A stretch of 64,000 nucleotides of DNA, taken from positions 162,472,103 to 162,536,102 of the forward strand of contig NC_068983.1 in assembly GCF_001194135.2 (NCBI RefSeq). The letters are read 5' to 3'. The notes beneath the pieces were generated by a model. It was not told the DNA's origin and searched no databases. It was given only the letters and a program-made list of their open reading frames with translations. The DNA is from Octopus bimaculoides (Eukaryota). How positions within the stretch are numbered: the first letter of the stretch is position 1; every line of letters starts with the position of its first letter. The position numbers and the translations under genes are program-made. Of this stretch, positions 61,810-64,000 are shown piece by piece.

Positions 61810-63405
61810 TTACATAGATTGTTCATCTTGTACAAAACATTCTTCTTCTCTCCATTTGTCCTTCTGGTCATCCCAACAACTCAGTGAACAACTGTAGCAA
61901 ATAATGGTTCCAAACTCTACAGCACAATCTGAAATGTACGAAATGCATTGAATTCTATGGTCCATGGTGAAACAAGTAACTAAGTAATGCCAGGTTTTAA
62001 GATTATGGGCAACTCTAACTTACCATTGCTACCAAGAAAATTGAGGTCTTTGACGAGAGCTGGCATTAACTGGAATTCAAACTGTCGGTCTGCTCCACAA
62101 TAACTACAGCAGCCTGGATCAGGAGCATTCTTTGTTAATGTGACTGGTTTCCCACCCAGCTCATACCTGTTCAACATAATGAAAGATGGAATACATACTT
62201 AAACTGCTATATACACACACACACAGTATAAAACTATTATGTCATATGATGCAATTAAGAAATAGGTTTACCTTACACACTGTTCTGGCCATTTTGATAA
62301 AGTTTTATAAAATTTGTACACAGATTTATCTCCATGTTGCACATTAGTCTTTTCATAGGTTTCTGTACACCCAGCGGAAGTTTTCCCTCCTCTGTGGAAA
62401 GAAAGACTTAAATTACTGCTTTGTTAAGCTGATAGATGAAATTATGTGTGTATGCACACAGACAGACAGACACACGTGATCACACAGTTGCAAAATCTGG
62501 GGGAGAGAATAGTTCTCAAATTCCAAAGATAGACTAAAATATGGTATTTCTGTTGAAGCTGAAGAAACTTCAAACATGATTACTCAGAATTTCCTCTAAC
62601 CGTTGTGAGTATTCAGAACTCAAGTCTGAGCAGTTACATGAAACTGAGTAAGTTTTTGAAGTCTTTTTTCAGCTTGAGTAAAATTATATATATCTATAGA
62701 TAAAACCCGGCAACTAATGTGAGATTGCAGCCACGCATGTCCGGCCCTGTTAAGAATACCCCTGATGCATCGGGCGATACAATATGCTTGAGAAGACCTG
62801 TTGAGTTAAGTAAAACCAATATCGTAACTATGGCCATTGCTACTTGACTGGCTCCCATTCTGGTGGCATGTAAAAAAGCACCATCCTAAGGTGGCTGATG
62901 CCAGTACCCACTGACTGGCCCCTCTGCTGGTGGCGCGTAAAAGCACTGTCTGAACGTGATCGATGCCAGGCCCGACTGGCTGGCTCCTGTGCCAGTGGCA
63001 TGTAAAAAGCACCCACTACACTCTCGGAGTCGTTGGTGTTAGGAAGAGGATCCAGCTGTAGAAACATTGCCAGATCCGATTGGAGCCTGGTGCAGCCGCT
63101 GGTTCTCCAGACCTGAGTCAAACCGCCCAACCCATGCCAGCATGGAAAATGGACGTTAAACGATAATACAAAAACAAACGCAGAAACGTTAGGTGTTATC
63201 AACTCACTGAGCAGCACTGATCATTTCCTCATAAGCTTTTCCCTCTCTTCCTTTATAGTTTTCTAGAAGCTGTTGGATGTGCTCAGAGTGACTGCTTTCT
63301 TCCGATTCTTCGTATACATTTAAATAATAAGGCTTGAGGCACGGTTCATCTTTGTAGTTTAGTTGATGGTTTTGGTGGGAAGTTGAGGTCGTTTGTGGAA
63401 AGCAT
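61810..63405 (-). CDS. PDCD2L: Programmed cell death protein 2-like, last four exons (PDCD2_C domain)
   Basis: Exons 63405-63208, 62391-62272, 62166-62024, 61928-61810 (TAA), all AG/GT and in phase. Translation ...CLKPYYLNVYEE...QQLLENYKGREG...ETYEKTNVQHGDKSVYKFYKTLSKWPEQCVRYELGGKP...CSYCGADRQFEFQLMPALV...VEFGTIICYSCSLSCW...EEECFVQDEQSM* follows the PDCD2L C-terminal motifs. Confidence 0.9.
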
Positions 63406-64000
63406 CTTTATTAAAAAAAGAAAAAAAATACATATATATATATAAATAATATGATCTTAGGGAGAAATTTATTTTATCAACTAAGAAAAATATTTTTCTG
63501 TAACAAAAACAAAAAAAAAATACAATTTTTTTTTTTTTTCACATGTCAGTACCATGTACAAAGAAGTATACTCTCTAAAGTGGTGGGCATTAGGAAAGGC
63601 ATGCAGGTGTAGAAACCATTCCAAAATCGACAATGGAATCTGGTGCTGCTCTTGGGCCTTGCCAGCTTCTGTCAAACTGTCCAACCCATGCCAGCATGTA
63701 AAGTGGACATTAAATGATGATGACAATCAAGATTTATAATTTTTTTTTTAATTGATATTAAAGCTAATGAAATCATGTGAGAATAAAGAGTTTCGTGTTT
63801 TCAAAGACCAAGTCTTTCTTGGCTTGATTTAACCACGTCAGGTATGGCTGAATATTTCAAGTCACTGGATTACAGCCATGTTGGGTTTTAATTTTTATTT
63901 GGTTCTTATTTTATCAAATCTTGTAAGAACAAAAAGTCACACCTAGTGTTTAAGGAAGACAACTTAGCTACAGCTGAATCATCGTTTAACGTCCGCTTTC

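Overview
AT-rich, repeat-dense animal genomic DNA with 9 assembly gaps. The repeat families suggest an octopus or other coleoid cephalopod (inference). Almost the whole window is the + strand gene for the giant HECT E3 ubiquitin ligase UBR5/EDD/hyperplastic discs: 43 coding exon segments from 1380 to the stop at 59194, with GT-AG boundaries and consistent phases. Its N-terminus lies upstream of the window and parts of two coding segments fall in gaps. The last four exons of PDCD2L lie convergently on the - strand (61810-63405). The introns hold an RTE-LINE-like repeat with (GAT)n tails (about 25 copies), tRNA-derived SINEs, TTAA/TA/8-bp-TSD MITEs and decayed transposase, RTE and RLE fragments. 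The most unusual signal is a set of minimal type I hammerhead-ribozyme motifs of the Penelope/retrozyme kind, mostly inside foldback elements: 11.6, 16.4, 31.4, 33.5, 45.0 and 61.6 kb, plus a weak candidate at 28.9 kb. One family also carries a tRNA-like head. Several have intact catalytic cores. Two are sense within UBR5 introns and one is sense downstream of the PDCD2L stop. All calls were made by reading the sequence; no searches or folding programs were run.
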